In this document: positions 39,083-50,700 of the stretch, one piece after another
Layout: each line of letters starts with the position of its first letter
Position numbering within the stretch: the first letter of the stretch is position 1
From: Polyangiales bacterium
Lineage (GTDB): Bacteria > Myxococcota_A > Polyangia > Polyangiales > JADJQN01
Reading direction: 5' to 3'
Assembly: GCA_964202905.1 (NCBI GenBank)
Contig: CAXNJO010000003.1
Span: forward strand, 96,001-160,000
Length of the DNA: 64,000 nt
Made by a program: the position numbers and the translations under genes
Notes under the pieces: model-generated
The model's input: the letters and a program-made list of their open reading frames with translations, nothing else
What the model was told of the DNA's origin: nothing
The model's database searches: none

Positions 39083-40684
39083 TCAGAGCCGCAACACCCG
39101 CACCGCGCGGCCGTTCGCCGTCGAATGTGCCTCTTCGCGCACGCGCTCCTCGAGCGGTGGCGCGTCGCTGCGCCGGTCGAAGAGCACGAGCACGCCCGCA
39201 TCGAGCCCGACCCGCGCGAGGTATTCGTCGAGCTGCACGAGCCCCTCGGCGAGCGGGTCTTTGCGCTTGTCGCGCCAGACCTTCATCTCGATCGCTTCGC
39301 GCTGGAGCTGCTGTTTGCCGGCGGCGTCGGAATACGGCCATTCGATCAGCAGATCGATGCGGCGGCGGCCGATGCCGTATTCGCGCGACACCACCCCACC
39401 GCCGTTTACGACGCGTTGCAGATAGGCCATCAGCACGAGCTGTGCGCCTGATTCCGCGTACGTCGCGCCCTCGGTCATCGACTCGCCCTGCTCGACCCAA
39501 AAGGCGGCGAACTCACGCAGCAAAACATCGATGTCGAAGCGCCCATCGGCGCGCACGAAGCGGCGCGGATCGGCGGTGACGCTCTGCTGCGCGGCGCTCG
39601 AGAGCACGCGCGCGACGACCTCCTGGTAGATGGGATTCGCCATGCGCAGCGGCCGGCTCTTCACGAGGCCGAGGTCGACGACGTAGGAGACGTCATCATC
39701 GAACACGTCGTCGACCGGCGCGATTTCGCCGGCGAGCAGCGGCCCGATCACGCGCCGCACGCGCGGCTCGGCGAGCTTGCTCGCGAGCGAGTCGAGGTGC
39801 GTCGCGCGGGCGAGGATCAAGCGCTCCTTCGCCGTCTCGACGTGGGCGCGCTCGATGGCGCCCGTCACGGCCATCTCGCTGACGACCTCGTTGGCGAGCG
39901 CGTTCACGAGCCACGGCTGGCCACCGGCGAGCTCGGAGAGACGCGTGAGCGCGTCGTCGGAGAAGACCTGCCCAGTCGCCGCGGTGTGCTGTTCCACGAG
40001 CGCACGCACCTCGGCCTCGCTGAACGTGCCGAGCGTGAGCGACTTGAGCTTCACGTTGAACGGGCTCGCGGTGCCGAGCCGATTCGCGTCGCCGCCGCTC
40101 GCCATCTTGTAGTCGCGCACATCGCGCAGGCCACACAGCATCACCGACCACGGCGCGCGCGCGGGGCGATCGGGGAAGCCCGCACGCAGCTGCCGCAGCA
40201 CCGCGATGAGGCTCTGGCCGCGCAGCGCGTCGATCTCGTCGAGAAGCAGCACCACGCGCCGCGGGCAGCGGGCGCACCACGCGGCCAGCACATCGGTGAG
40301 GAGCCGAGCCGAGGAAGGGTCCTCCGGCAACGCGTCGGGACGCAGTTCTTCCGGGAGTTGCGCGTCGGCTTCGGTGATGAGCTGGCGGACAAGCAGACGC
40401 TGCGCGACGAGGAAGTCGTCCCCCGCCGCCTCCGCCGCCTCGCAGCTCATGTAGAGCGCGGCGTAGTCCTCGCCCGCCGAGAGCGACTTCGCGAAGGCCC
40501 GCAGGAACGTCGTCTTCCCCGACTGCCGCGGCGCATGGAGGACGAAGTAGCCCCCCATCGCCACGATCCCCGGCGCCTCGGGCACGCGCGGGAGCGGCGG
40601 CACCATGTAGTGCTGATGCTCCTCGCACGGCCCCGTCGTGTTGAAGTACTTCGGAATCGGCGGATAGACGCGCTTCTCGACCAT
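39083..40684 (-). CDS. AAA ATPase (AAA_35-like) with C-terminal PD-(D/E)xK-like domain
   Basis: YFNTTGPC, Walker A APRQSGKTT, Walker B LLLDEID, SPFNVK, GGQPWLVN, REYGIGRRRIDL..EMKVW. Confidence 0.9.
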   Translation of the reverse strand: MVEKRVYPPIPKYFNTTGPCEEHQHYMVPPLPRVPEAPGIVAMGGYFVLHAPRQSGKTTFLRAFAKSLSAGEDYAALYMSCEAAEAAGDDFLVAQRLLVRQLITEADAQLPEELRPDALPEDPSSARLLTDVLAAWCARCPRRVVLLLDEIDALRGQSLIAVLRQLRAGFPDRPARAPWSVMLCGLRDVRDYKMASGGDANRLGTASPFNVKLKSLTLGTFSEAEVRALVEQHTAATGQVFSDDALTRLSELAGGQPWLVNALANEVVSEMAVTGAIERAHVETAKERLILARATHLDSLASKLAEPRVRRVIGPLLAGEIAPVDDVFDDDVSYVVDLGLVKSRPLRMANPIYQEVVARVLSSAAQQSVTADPRRFVRADGRFDIDVLLREFAAFWVEQGESMTEGATYAESGAQLVLMAYLQRVVNGGGVVSREYGIGRRRIDLLIEWPYSDAAGKQQLQREAIEMKVWRDKRKDPLAEGLVQLDEYLARVGLDAGVLVLFDRRSDAPPLEERVREEAHSTANGRAVRVLRL

Positions 40685-40727
40685 GACCGCGCGCAGCGTA
40701 TCACCGTGGGAGGCGGGGCGTGTTCGC

Positions 40728-40802
40728 TCAGAGCCGCAACACCCGCACCGCGCGGCCGTTCGCCGTCGAATGTGCCTCTTCGCGCACACGCTCCTCGAGC
40801 GG
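40728..40802. repeat. 75-bp copy of the AAA gene 3' end (39083-39157)
   Basis: One synonymous mismatch; includes the stop codon. Confidence 0.95.
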
Positions 40803-40974
40803 CGCGGTGCTGCCCATCGACCTCGAGACGACGAGCGTCGTCGTGCTCGCCTTCCCCCCGATGCTGATGCTCTGGAAGGCCGTGCAGGACGACGGTCAGG
40901 TGAGCTGGGTCGAGACGGCGGCCATGGTCTGCGTCTTCGGCATCGTCGTGTATCTACTCGCGGCGCATGGGTGA
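40803..40974 (+). pseudogene. C-terminal fragment of a membrane protein (Na+/Ca2+ exchanger-like)
   Basis: AVLPIDL..MLMLW..DDGQVSWVETAAMVCVFGIVVYLL*; starts abruptly at the repeat edge. Confidence 0.4.
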
Positions 40975-41044
40975 GTGGGTGGCGAGTGGATGGTCGCAGA
41001 CGGTCATGCTGCGTGCGTCGAATCAATCGTCGGAGTGCGAGTCG

Positions 41045-44000
41045 TCAGGGAATACAGCGAGATTCGAGAACTCTCAGGCCGGACCCATCGGAATACACGA
41101 TATCCGCATAGCCATCTGCGTTCACATCCACGATTTGGTTGATCGCACTGCCAGCGAACATTCCAATCAGTGAGAGAGACGGTGTTCCCGAAACATCGCG
41201 CGCGAGGTAGACGCGAACCTCCGTTCCCGTGGACAGGGCTACGTCGGTTCGGCCATCGCGATCGATGTCACCGACCGCCAGAGATTCGCCGTTCGTTGCT
41301 GGCGAGACCCGTCAGTCGATGCGCAGGAGACGTTGCAAGGGTGCCGAGTGAGTTGAGGTAGATGGCAATTCCTCGGGTGGATGTCCGAGAGAACGCAAAC
41401 ACGTCTTGATCGCCATCCCCATCAATGTCCCCAAAGCGACACTCTTGATCAACGCCGTCGGACGCCCAGACTTGCGACCCAACTCCCGCGCTCGACAGTT
41501 GGTAGATTCGGGTGGGTTCGGCACCGCCGCAGCCTCCGCTGCCGCAGGCATCGACGCCGCATGTAAGCAATTCAAGTCTGGCATCGGCATTCACGTTGGC
41601 GAAATCCGCGTTTCGTACCGGATGTGACACCGCCCAAACACTCGACGCAGCGATCGTGCCGCCTGACGCTAGGTACATGGAACTGCGTGTTGGTGTAGGA
41701 GGCATACCGCCTTGATTGATGATGAACACGTCAGCGTCACCATCGCGATCGAAATCCGCTGCCGCGATGCCGGTGTTCCAAGCCGTCCCTGTTTGCCAGG
41801 TGACAGCGGTACTTACCCCTGAGATGGTCTGTTCGTAGAACCGACTACGGCCGCTATATCCGGCAGATGGTCCATCGCAATCGGCGAAAAATACGCCCGG
41901 AAGCCCGTCTCCGTTGACATCGCCGAATGAGATACCGGTTGCGCAAGTGTACGCCGTAGGCTCCGACCAGAATTCCGTTAGCGTCGTTCCCGCGCGCCGA
42001 TAGAGTCGACGTCGTGAAGCCACCCCTGCCAAATCTAGGTCGCCATCTCCGTCGAGGTCGAAGAAGCGAGGGAGTCCAACCGCTGGAAGGGTGAGGCTCG
42101 TTGCAGCGAGCGTCACGCTCGCGCACCCCTCGCGCAGGCAGACACTCGAGCACCCATCCCCGTTCACCGATATTCCCGTCATCACATGTCTCGCCGCTGC
42201 CCAACGATGCCGTCACCGCAGCGGACGGCGCAGACACCGGTGTTGCAGCTCTGGCCGGTCGCGCAGGGGATGCGCGGAGAAGCCGAGTCCATCAGCGGTG
42301 CAGGCCTGGCGGGCGGTGAGGAGGCCCGGGGTGCAGAGCGCGGTTGCGGCGCTGCCGGGCGAGCACTCGCGCGGGGTGCAGGTGCCGGCGCCCGTGCAGG
42401 CGTAGCCGTCCGGGTCGCGGCGCCGGTGCAGGCGGCGGACGTGGCGCCGAGGCCGTCGGCGTTGCAGAGCGCGGCGGGTGTTGACGTGCCGTGACAGCGA
42501 GTAGGCGCCGGGCGTGCAGGCCCACGGCGCGCAGACGCCCGCGGTGCAGGTCGCGCGCGAGGCACCGCAGGCCGTCGTCGGTGCGGGCGAGTCCATCGAC
42601 GTTGCAGACGCGGCGGACTCCGTCGCTCAGCGCACGCTCGTGCTGCCGGGCGTGCAAATCCAGGCGCCGCAGAGGCCCGTCGCGGTGTTGCAGCTCATGC
42701 CGCTCGGGCAGGTGCTCGTGGCCGAATAGCTCAGTCCATCGGCGCTGCACGTGCGGCTACCCGTCGTGCCGACGCACATCGGCGTGCTGGGCGCGCAGAG
42801 GCGCGTCGTGCAGGTGCCCGTGCCCGTGCAGGTCTGCGTGTCGCTGCACGGCGCCGCGGTGTAGCCGAGCCCGTCGGCGTTGCAGACCTCGCGCCCGCTG
42901 AGCCCCGCGGTGGCCGCGCAGCGCGCGCTGCCGGGCGTGCAGATGCGCGGCAGACACGTGCCGCCGGAGCAGCTCTCACTGCCCGCGCACGCGACGGTGG
43001 AGTAGCCCTGCCCGTCAGCGTCGCAGACTGGTCGCGCCGTCGAACTCACACACGTCCCGTCGCCCGCGCCCGGAAGGCACGTTCGCGCGGTGCACGCGCC
43101 GGCGCCGAGACAGGCGTAGCCATTGGGTTCCGGGCCCGTGCAGGGAGCCGCGGAGGAGGCGAGCCCGTCTGCGTTGCAGACCTGGCGCGAGTTCACGTTC
43201 GAGCATGACGCGGTGCCGGGCGTGCACGCCCACGGCATGCACGCTCCCGCCGAACAGGTGCTGCTCTCGGCACATGCCATCTCGGAGTAGGTTCGACCAT
43301 CGGCGTTGCAGACGCGTCGCGTATTTGTTCCGGCGATGCACTCCGCTCTCGCCGGGGTGCACTCCCACTCGGCGCACATGCCTGTCGCGGAGTTGCAGCT
43401 CTGGCCGCTCCGGCACGCGGTGGTGCTCGTGTAGTTCAGGCCGTCAAACCGACAGGCGCGTGTGCCTGTTGAGCCAACACACTCGGGAGCGTCGGGGGTG
43501 CAGATGCGCGTCGAGCACACTCCCGAACGGCACGACTGCGTGTCAGGGCACGGTGACGGGGCGAAGCTTAGCCCGTCCGCGGCGCAGGTTTCGCGACCCG
43601 TGAGCGAACCGGGCACACAACGCGTGCTCCCCGGCGTGCAGACGCGCGGGAGACACGCGCCGCCCGAGCAGGTCTCGGTCGCGGCGCATACGGTCGTCAC
43701 GTACGACTGCCCGTCGGCGGAGCAGACCTGACGTGCACTGGGACTCGCGCACGTCGCCGCATTCGAGCCGGGGACACACATGCGCTCGGTGCACACGCCA
43801 TCGCCGAGGCAGACGTAGCCGTTCGGGGCGCTCCCGGTACACGGCGCGCTCGATGCAGAGAGTCCATCCGCATTACAACCCATGCGTGAGTTGATGTTGG
43901 TGCAGGTGTAGGTCCCCGGTGAGCACGCCTGAGGAATACAGCGGCCACCCGAGCATGAATCACCGTCGTCGCAGGGCGTATCGTTCCACTGCAGTCCATC

Positions 44001-44642
44001 CTCTGCGCAGACCTCACGCGCTCCGAGTCCGCCCGTCGTACAGCGGGTCTCGTTGGGAGTGCAGATTCGTGTTCGGCAGAGTCCCTCACTGCACGATTCT
44101 TCTGCGGCGCAGGCAGTCTGGATGAAGCGCTCGCCCCGCGCGTCGCATTCTGCGGTCGCGGTCGCCGTGGCGCATCGCACGGCGCCCGGAACGCAGAAGA
44201 GCGCGACGCACGCACCGTCTTCGCAAATCTCGTCCGCGCTACACGTAGTACTGCAGGCGCCGCAGTGGCGAGGATCACGAGATGTGTCGGCACAGCGCAG
44301 CTCACCACGGCTGCGACATACCGCGGTGCCGGGGGCGCAGCGCACGCCGCAGACGCCGGCGTTGCACGCCTGGCCCTCGGTGCATGCATTGCCACAAGCG
44401 CCGCAGTCTTGGGCGTCGCCGAGGACGTCGACGCAACGGGTGCCACACGCAGTGAGGCCCTCGGGACATGAGTCGTCTGCGTAGACGGCACGAATCGCTG
44501 GATCGCGCGTGGGGGGCGGAGGCGTGACCCAACCGGCGTCGCTCGTGAAGACGATGTCTTCCGGATCGCATCCCGCGAGCAAAGCGCCGAGGAGCACAAG
44601 CACATGAGCGCCGAACGTGGGTTTCCCGTGATGGCGTGTCAT
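41045..44642 (-). CDS. Cys-rich stalk lipoprotein B with FG-GAP/VCBS tip; several frameshifts (42160-42640, ~41290)
   Basis: LLAGC; many CTPG..CNADG repeats; CAVRCGDGIVG..CDDGN; DLDGDGDLD, DVNGDG, DFDRDGD, DIDGDGD, DIDRDG, DVNADG; ends ESRCIP*. Confidence 0.8.
42593..43016. repeat. ~420-bp near-identical block shared with 51845-52266
   Basis: Both copies encode ..GYSTVACAGSESCSGGTCLPRICTPGSARCAATAGLSGREVC..GAWICTPGSTS..DGVRRVCNVDG. Confidence 0.9.
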
Positions 44643-45835
44643 CGGTCACACCTCTCCTGGCAGCGGTCGAATTCGGGAAGACATCTGGTGACGATAGCGG
44701 CGGGGTCCGACACGGAGCATGCGTCGGCGACGGTCCTGCAACGCGCATGACAGGCGCGTGCGGCTTCGCGTGCCGCCGCAGTCGCACGCTCTGTCTGGAC
44801 TCGTCTTGCCTCCTCCCCAGCGCGTCGAGCCTCTTCTGCGCGCCGCGCTTCTTCCGCTGCGCGCTCCTCTGCGAGACGTCGGGCTTCCTCTGCACGTCGC
44901 GCTTCTTCGGCTGCGCGCTCCTCAGCCTCGCGCTGTACCTGTTCCGCACGGGCATTGTCGGCACGCTCGCGCTGGTAGTCGGTGAGGATGGTCGAATCGG
45001 GAATGGCAGCCACGAGCGCGTTGATCGAGCCGCGCCTATTTGGAGGACCTGCACGAAGGAAGGCGACGACGTCGGCGGCGAGACGCTCTCGTGTCGAGGC
45101 GGGCTGTGCGCCCAAGGCTGCGATGACGTCCTGTTCGGAGACGGCTCGGGGGAGCGCGTCGCGCTCCATGCGCAGCCAGGCGTCCCGGAGCGGATGCTCG
45201 GTCGTGTCCGGTAGTGCCCCGACGAGCGCGGCGTAGCGCGCGCGGATGCTCGCGAGAGGGGCGCCGTGGTTGCACCCCGCGAGCGCCTCGAGGAAGGCCG
45301 GGCGCCCCATGGCGGCGGGCGCTCGCTGGATGTGTGAGGTGACGGCGGGCGAGTCCACGCGGTCACAGAGCCAGGGGCCGAGGGTGGCGGCGTCGCCGCG
45401 CGTGAGGCGTGCGTCGTCCGCGCGCGTCGCGAGGACACGATCCGCGGGGAACTCCCGTGCGAGCCCAAGAATCTCGGAGACGGGCGTGGCCGGCGCGTTG
45501 GCGCGGGCTCGGAGCGCGCGGACCATGGCACCGAGCAATGGCTGCAGCGCGGGTGGAGGCGTGGCGACGAGCGGCCACGTCTCGCCTGTCTCGTCGTCCA
45601 CGTAGACCGCGGGGCGCCGATGGGCGTCGAGCGCGAGCGGGACGGCGGCGCGGCACGCGGAGAGGTCGCCGCCTTGGCAGGCCGTGGCAAGCGAGGCGAG
45701 GCGTTGTTCGGCAGATTCGTCGCCACGCGCCTGCTGTGATGGGGTGATCGCGAGGAGGAGCGCGAGGACCGCAATGAATGCGCTTGGTTTTTGCAACTGG
45801 GTTCTCTGTCGCGCGACGGAGTCTTCAAAGGACAT
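44639..45835 (-). CDS. Secreted hypothetical protein with AEEARR coiled coil and Cys-rich end
   Basis: Signal peptide; EEARRAEE repeats; ATGA overlap with the next gene. Confidence 0.7.
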   Translation of the reverse strand: MSFEDSVARQRTQLQKPSAFIAVLALLLAITPSQQARGDESAEQRLASLATACQGGDLSACRAAVPLALDAHRRPAVYVDDETGETWPLVATPPPALQPLLGAMVRALRARANAPATPVSEILGLAREFPADRVLATRADDARLTRGDAATLGPWLCDRVDSPAVTSHIQRAPAAMGRPAFLEALAGCNHGAPLASIRARYAALVGALPDTTEHPLRDAWLRMERDALPRAVSEQDVIAALGAQPASTRERLAADVVAFLRAGPPNRRGSINALVAAIPDSTILTDYQRERADNARAEQVQREAEERAAEEARRAEEARRLAEERAAEEARRAEEARRAGEEARRVQTERATAAAREAARACHARCRTVADACSVSDPAAIVTRCLPEFDRCQERCDR

Positions 45836-47623
45836 GACGCACTCCGATCTGGAGGCTCAGGATGGGCTGATAGCCATCGAGGAACTCCGTGCGGTACACG
45901 CGAATCCCTACCTGCTGTTCGAGGCGCCAGTGACCGCCGAGGCGCTCCGAGATCACGAGTGCGGCTTCGCCCGAGGGGATGAGGTAGGCGTCGAGTCGCT
46001 GCGCGACGCTGTCCGCGTCGATCGCGGCCTCCGTGCGCACCACGCTCGGTCCTCCGGAAAGCTGCAGCCCGAGGCCCATGATGCGACCGAGACGCAGGGT
46101 GAATCGCACCTGAGCTTCGACGCCCAGAAGGGTCGCTGCGCCCAACCCGGCGTCGCTTCCTGGCGTGTGGAAGACGGGTAGAGAGAGCCCGAACGACCAC
46201 GGGCCGTACGTCACACCGCCGTCGATGCGGGCTTGGAATCCGGCAAAACCGGGATCTTCAGCGGAGACGCCGATGCTCTGCAAACCCAACACATCACCCC
46301 CGAATGGGATTGCGTAGCCGCCTGCGATGCCGAGAAACCCGTGCCAGCGCGTGACCGTAATCGCGCGTTCGGCCCCCTCGGTGAGCGGCTGTGTCTCCGC
46401 CCACCGGGTCAGACTTGCGAGCGTCGCCGCGTCGATGGCAGCGGTGTCGGCGCTCGTCGCGATGCCGGACTCCGGAGCAGGAGGCCCAGCCGCGTCGACC
46501 GGGCCAGCCGGCCGCGGCATCGAGGGCGCGGCTCCGGTGTCGATCGCAAGGGCAGGCGCCGCTCCGGGGTCGGGCTGCGCAGCAGGGGAAGGGGTCGCGA
46601 CGGCGGCTGCGCGGAGTGAGACCTGGCGCCGGCTCGATCCGCGACGTGGCGGCCCGTCGCCGGGAGGCGCCGCCGTCGATGTCGTCGTGGACTCCCGACC
46701 TGGCGCGTACGAGGGAGGCGCCGGCGCGGGTGTCTGCGCAGACGGGATTGGAAGCGATGGCGGGTCCACGGGCTCCGTGGCGCGTCTGCTCGACGCCGGG
46801 GCGGGAGTTGGGGGCGCGGGCGGCGGCGCGGCGGCTCGCGCAGGCGCTGCTGCCGCCTCGGCCGGCGGGGACGGCGCGGTCGCAGTAACGGCGGAAGCGG
46901 GTGGAGGCGTCGGCGGAGCGGGCACCGCGATCGAGGGCGCGGGCGGCGGTGTGTCGGCGGGCGGCGTCGGCGCGGCGGCTGCGGCGCGCGGGCGGCGGTG
47001 TCGCGGCGGGCGGCGTCGATGCGAGTGTTGCGGTCGCGGTCGCGGGCGGCGGAGGCGCTCGAGGCGGTCGCGGACGCCGCGGCAGGCAGCATGGGCGCGG
47101 GAGGCGTCGGTGTCGGAGCCTGGGGCGCGCTGCGCGGCGTCGGCGCGGGAGGCGACGGTGTCAGCGCCTGAGGTGCGTTGCGTGGCGCCGTCGTGGGAGG
47201 CGTCGCGGCAGGGGCTGACGTCGCGGCTCGCGGTGTCGGCGCGGGAGGCGTCGATGCGGGGGCTGGCGTCGCGGCCCGCGGCGTCGGCACCGGTGCGGGC
47301 GCTGCGGGACCGTAGCCGTAGGAGGGAGTTGTCGCGCTGCCGGGAGCGGGGCCGTAGCCATTGGCGGGAGGGGTTGAACGGACCGGCGCGGGGGCCGGTG
47401 CCGTCGCGGGCCGTGCACCCTCCTCATCGCGTGCACGCTGGAGGTCGCGCTCCAACTGCGTGGCCCAGTCTACCGACTCGCGCGGCCGGCGTCGCGGCGA
47501 ACTCTGCGCCCTCGCTCCGTCGGCGAAGCTCGCTCCGAGGAGGATGAACATCAACGTCGCGACTGCGAGCGACCGCACGCGCGAACCGAGTCGCGCGGCG
47601 GGATACACCGTATCGTGGGGCAT
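45825..47623 (-). CDS. Secreted Pro/Ala-rich protein with C-terminal beta-barrel-like domain; frameshift(s) near 47000
   Basis: Signal ..FADGARA-Q in one frame and PAT-rich linker; the other frame has alternating beta-strand pattern ending LSLQIGVRHVL. Confidence 0.6.
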
Positions 47624-47669
47624 TGGGATCACCTTCCCGACAGGTCGCGCGTCGCGCGTACCGGGGGCT

Positions 47670-50282
47670 TCACTCGAGGGGAAGCGACACGAAACGCGAG
47701 AGCGACCAACTCGGGAGTTCCGGGATGGTCGTCGTCGCGGCCAGCGCCACCGCGCGGAGGATGGCGGGCGACGCGGGCGGCGTCGCGGCGGGCGCGGCCT
47801 CCGCGGCGCGCTCGTCACGGCGCCGACGGCGGCTGGAGGAACCCTCGTCCGCGTCGCTGCGCGCCGGAGCCGCCGAGGTCGGCGCATCGTCGCTGAGCGG
47901 CGCGTCGAGCGAGGCGGCGAGCGCGTTGCGAACGGCCGTGTCGTTCTCGAGGAAGGCCTCGGGATCGCTGGTGCGCACGTCGATGCCCGCGAGGATCTTC
48001 CAAGCGTTGTCGCCGAACGCCGACGCGAGCATGCTCCATTGCAGCAGACGCCGCGCGAGTGGGACGCGCGTTTCGATCTGCTCGACTGATGCCTCCGGCG
48101 TCGGCATCGCCATCGTGCGGAGGAGGCTCTCGCATTCGCTGTTCGCATCGCGCTCACCGAGCGCGTGGCAGAGGAGCATGAAGCGGCTCAGCGTGCCCGG
48201 GTCGACCCGCACGTTGGTGCGCGGCGCGCCGCACGCAGGCGCGTCGTCGCTGCCCGGACACGGAGCGGGGAACTGCGCGAGCAGTGCGCGACGCGTCGCG
48301 GGGTCGATGACGCGGCTCTGCTCGAGGACACGCACGGCCTCCGTGACGCGTGCGACCACCGCGGCGGGATCGGGCGAAGGGGGCCACGCGCTCCGCGCCA
48401 GCTTGCGTTCTTCCTCCCAGCGCGCGAGCAGCGCAGTCGCGGGTTGCAGTGCGCTTGCGGCGTCGCGAATCGCGTTCCAGGCCGCGCGTGTCGGCATTCC
48501 CTGTCGTTGTCCGAGCGCGGTCGCGGCAGCAAAGAAGGAGACCGGGGCGATGCGGCTCGCGATCTGCGCCAGGGTGATCGGGCTCGACACCGAGAGACCG
48601 ACATCGATCTTCGCGAAACGACGACCGGGGACACGCACGATCGCCAGCGGCGAACGGGTGTCGAGGGAGGCGCAGACCTCGCGTGATCCGACGCGACCGT
48701 CGAGGTCGTCGATGGTGACGAATACGCTGCTTACGGAACCGGGAACCGTGTACGGATTTCCCGAAGGAGCGCCCGTCGAGGCCGTGGTGACGAGTCCGCC
48801 GCTTTCGGAGCCTGGGTCCGTCGCGACGTCCGGGCTCGCCAGGCTTCCGAGATCGAAGATCGTCGCGTCGGGCGCATAGGCGAGGGCAACCCCGGTGATG
48901 GCCGGGGTGTACTCGACGGGTACCCGTATGCGCACCTGCATCTCGAATCGGTCGTCCGGCCCCAAGGCCGGGCTGTCGTCTCGCTCGCTCGCGCCGGCGA
49001 CGTCCTCGTCGGGTGCGGTGAAGCCGACCTCGACGATGCCCACGGCAAGCGGCTGGAACCGAAGTTCCATCGTCCCTTCGCTGCGGCCGCGGGAACTCAG
49101 CACGCGGAGCGCGAGCGGCTCGGGGCGAGGTCCGGCGCTGCTTGCCACATACAGAGGGCCGAGAGGAACTTCGAATGTCTCTCCGGCGGCCGCTTCAGGT
49201 ACGACGACTTCTTCGCGCCCGAACACGATGTTCGGTGCCGTGGTGTCCGCGAGGACGATGGATTGGCTGAGCAGCCGCTGTCCGCTCGTGTTTCTGCAGC
49301 GCAGGGTGAGTCCGAACACCTCACCCGCCTCGTGGATGCCGTTGTCGGCTCCAGGCCCACTCCGGTCGTACGTTCGAAGGAGGTTGGATTCGCAACTGAA
49401 CGGCGCACCACTGCTCGAGGCCTGGCCGAAGACGGGTGCGCCCGGGCGTAGCGCCGGAGCCCTGGCTGCCCGCGATGTGAGCGCGCCGCGCGCCGCTCCG
49501 ACGAGGTCGTTCCGCTTGGTCCAGTATCTGCCGGGCACATCCGCGGGCACGATCGGCGCCGTGAAGAGCGTGGTGAACTGGCTCCGCAGGAACGGGTCCT
49601 CGTTCACCATCGTGATCGCGGCCGTCACGAGCGCAGGGACATCGGCATCGGTGACGCAAACCTTCTGCGCGTAGGCCTCCGCGAGCGCCCACATCAGGCC
49701 GTCCTCCACGCGCGGGACCGATGGGTTCGCCGGGGCGAGCAGCGCCTCGCTCGCGTCGAAGAGCGCACGGATGGTCGGCTCGGACGCGGTCATCTCGCCT
49801 GCGCGGCGCGTGAGGAGCGGATGAAGCGGCAGCAGGAGTGACTGTGCGGCCCGCGCCCGGGCCCGGGCCGCGTTCACGGTCGTACCCGAGCTGCACAGGA
49901 CCTCCCGATCGCGCGATGTGCCGAGCTGAGCGAGCGTCCGTGACGTGACCTCGCGGAACACGGCCTGCAGGCTCGGGTTTGCCTCCGCGATCGGCCAGAG
50001 ACTTTCGACGTCGATCGAACTCGGTGCGGAGCCTTGCGGCATCGGCGCGGGCGCTGCGCCCCCCCAGCCTTGCGGCATCGGCGCGGGCGCTGCGCCCCCC
50101 GACGCCGGGTCGCCCGAGCGGGCGGTCCCCGTCGCCCAGCGCACGCCGTTGGTGGCACCCGTCGGCAACGAAACACTCGCGCCGCCGCACGCCGCGAGCA
50201 GCGTCAGCGCGGCGCCGACGCTGAATACATCTCTTCCGACCGCCCACCCACGCTTCCAACAATTCGCCGTCTCGGTGCGCAT
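47670..50282 (-). CDS. Large hypothetical lipoprotein with Ig-like segments
   Basis: LLAAC; duplicated GGAAPAPMPQG; DNGIHEAGEVFGLTLRCRN Ig-like motif. Confidence 0.7.
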   Translation of the reverse strand: MRTETANCWKRGWAVGRDVFSVGAALTLLAACGGASVSLPTGATNGVRWATGTARSGDPASGGAAPAPMPQGWGGAAPAPMPQGSAPSSIDVESLWPIAEANPSLQAVFREVTSRTLAQLGTSRDREVLCSSGTTVNAARARARAAQSLLLPLHPLLTRRAGEMTASEPTIRALFDASEALLAPANPSVPRVEDGLMWALAEAYAQKVCVTDADVPALVTAAITMVNEDPFLRSQFTTLFTAPIVPADVPGRYWTKRNDLVGAARGALTSRAARAPALRPGAPVFGQASSSGAPFSCESNLLRTYDRSGPGADNGIHEAGEVFGLTLRCRNTSGQRLLSQSIVLADTTAPNIVFGREEVVVPEAAAGETFEVPLGPLYVASSAGPRPEPLALRVLSSRGRSEGTMELRFQPLAVGIVEVGFTAPDEDVAGASERDDSPALGPDDRFEMQVRIRVPVEYTPAITGVALAYAPDATIFDLGSLASPDVATDPGSESGGLVTTASTGAPSGNPYTVPGSVSSVFVTIDDLDGRVGSREVCASLDTRSPLAIVRVPGRRFAKIDVGLSVSSPITLAQIASRIAPVSFFAAATALGQRQGMPTRAAWNAIRDAASALQPATALLARWEEERKLARSAWPPSPDPAAVVARVTEAVRVLEQSRVIDPATRRALLAQFPAPCPGSDDAPACGAPRTNVRVDPGTLSRFMLLCHALGERDANSECESLLRTMAMPTPEASVEQIETRVPLARRLLQWSMLASAFGDNAWKILAGIDVRTSDPEAFLENDTAVRNALAASLDAPLSDDAPTSAAPARSDADEGSSSRRRRRDERAAEAAPAATPPASPAILRAVALAATTTIPELPSWSLSRFVSLPLE

Positions 50283-50506
50283 CGTCTTTCACTCCGTCGT
50301 CGTGCGCCCCGGCGCGCGACGACGGCGAGGAGAGTGTGGGATCTTCCAGGATTGTGTCTACGGTTTTCGGGGTCGGGGTCCCGATGAGCGGGGGGCGGGT
50401 CTCGTCGGCGCGCGCGCTTCGGGACTTTTGGCCATCGCGAAGGATGTCGTGCTGCCCGACCGCTGCCGCGCCTCGTGACAGCCAGCCGGCTGGCCGTCTG
50501 GGCGCG

Positions 50507-50700
50507 TCAATCCCAGCGGAAGGCGATGCCGAGGTCGGCCATCGCGAGCATCGCCTCGGCGTTGCCGCGCGCGTCGTCGACGGGATGATGCGTGTGCGGT
50601 GTCTGGCGGAGCTTGCGGAAGGTCTGGCGTGGGTCCTTGACGAGTCCCTTGTAGAACGAGCCGAGGTTCGCGGATGACCAGCCGAAGGGGCATGCGCCCG
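50507..50700 (-). pseudogene. C-terminal fragment of 3'-5' exoribonuclease (Rv2179c/DUF5051-like)
   Basis: CPFGWSSANLGSFYKG..RKLRQTPHTHHPVDDARGNA; fused in frame to the AAA 5' stub. Confidence 0.55.
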
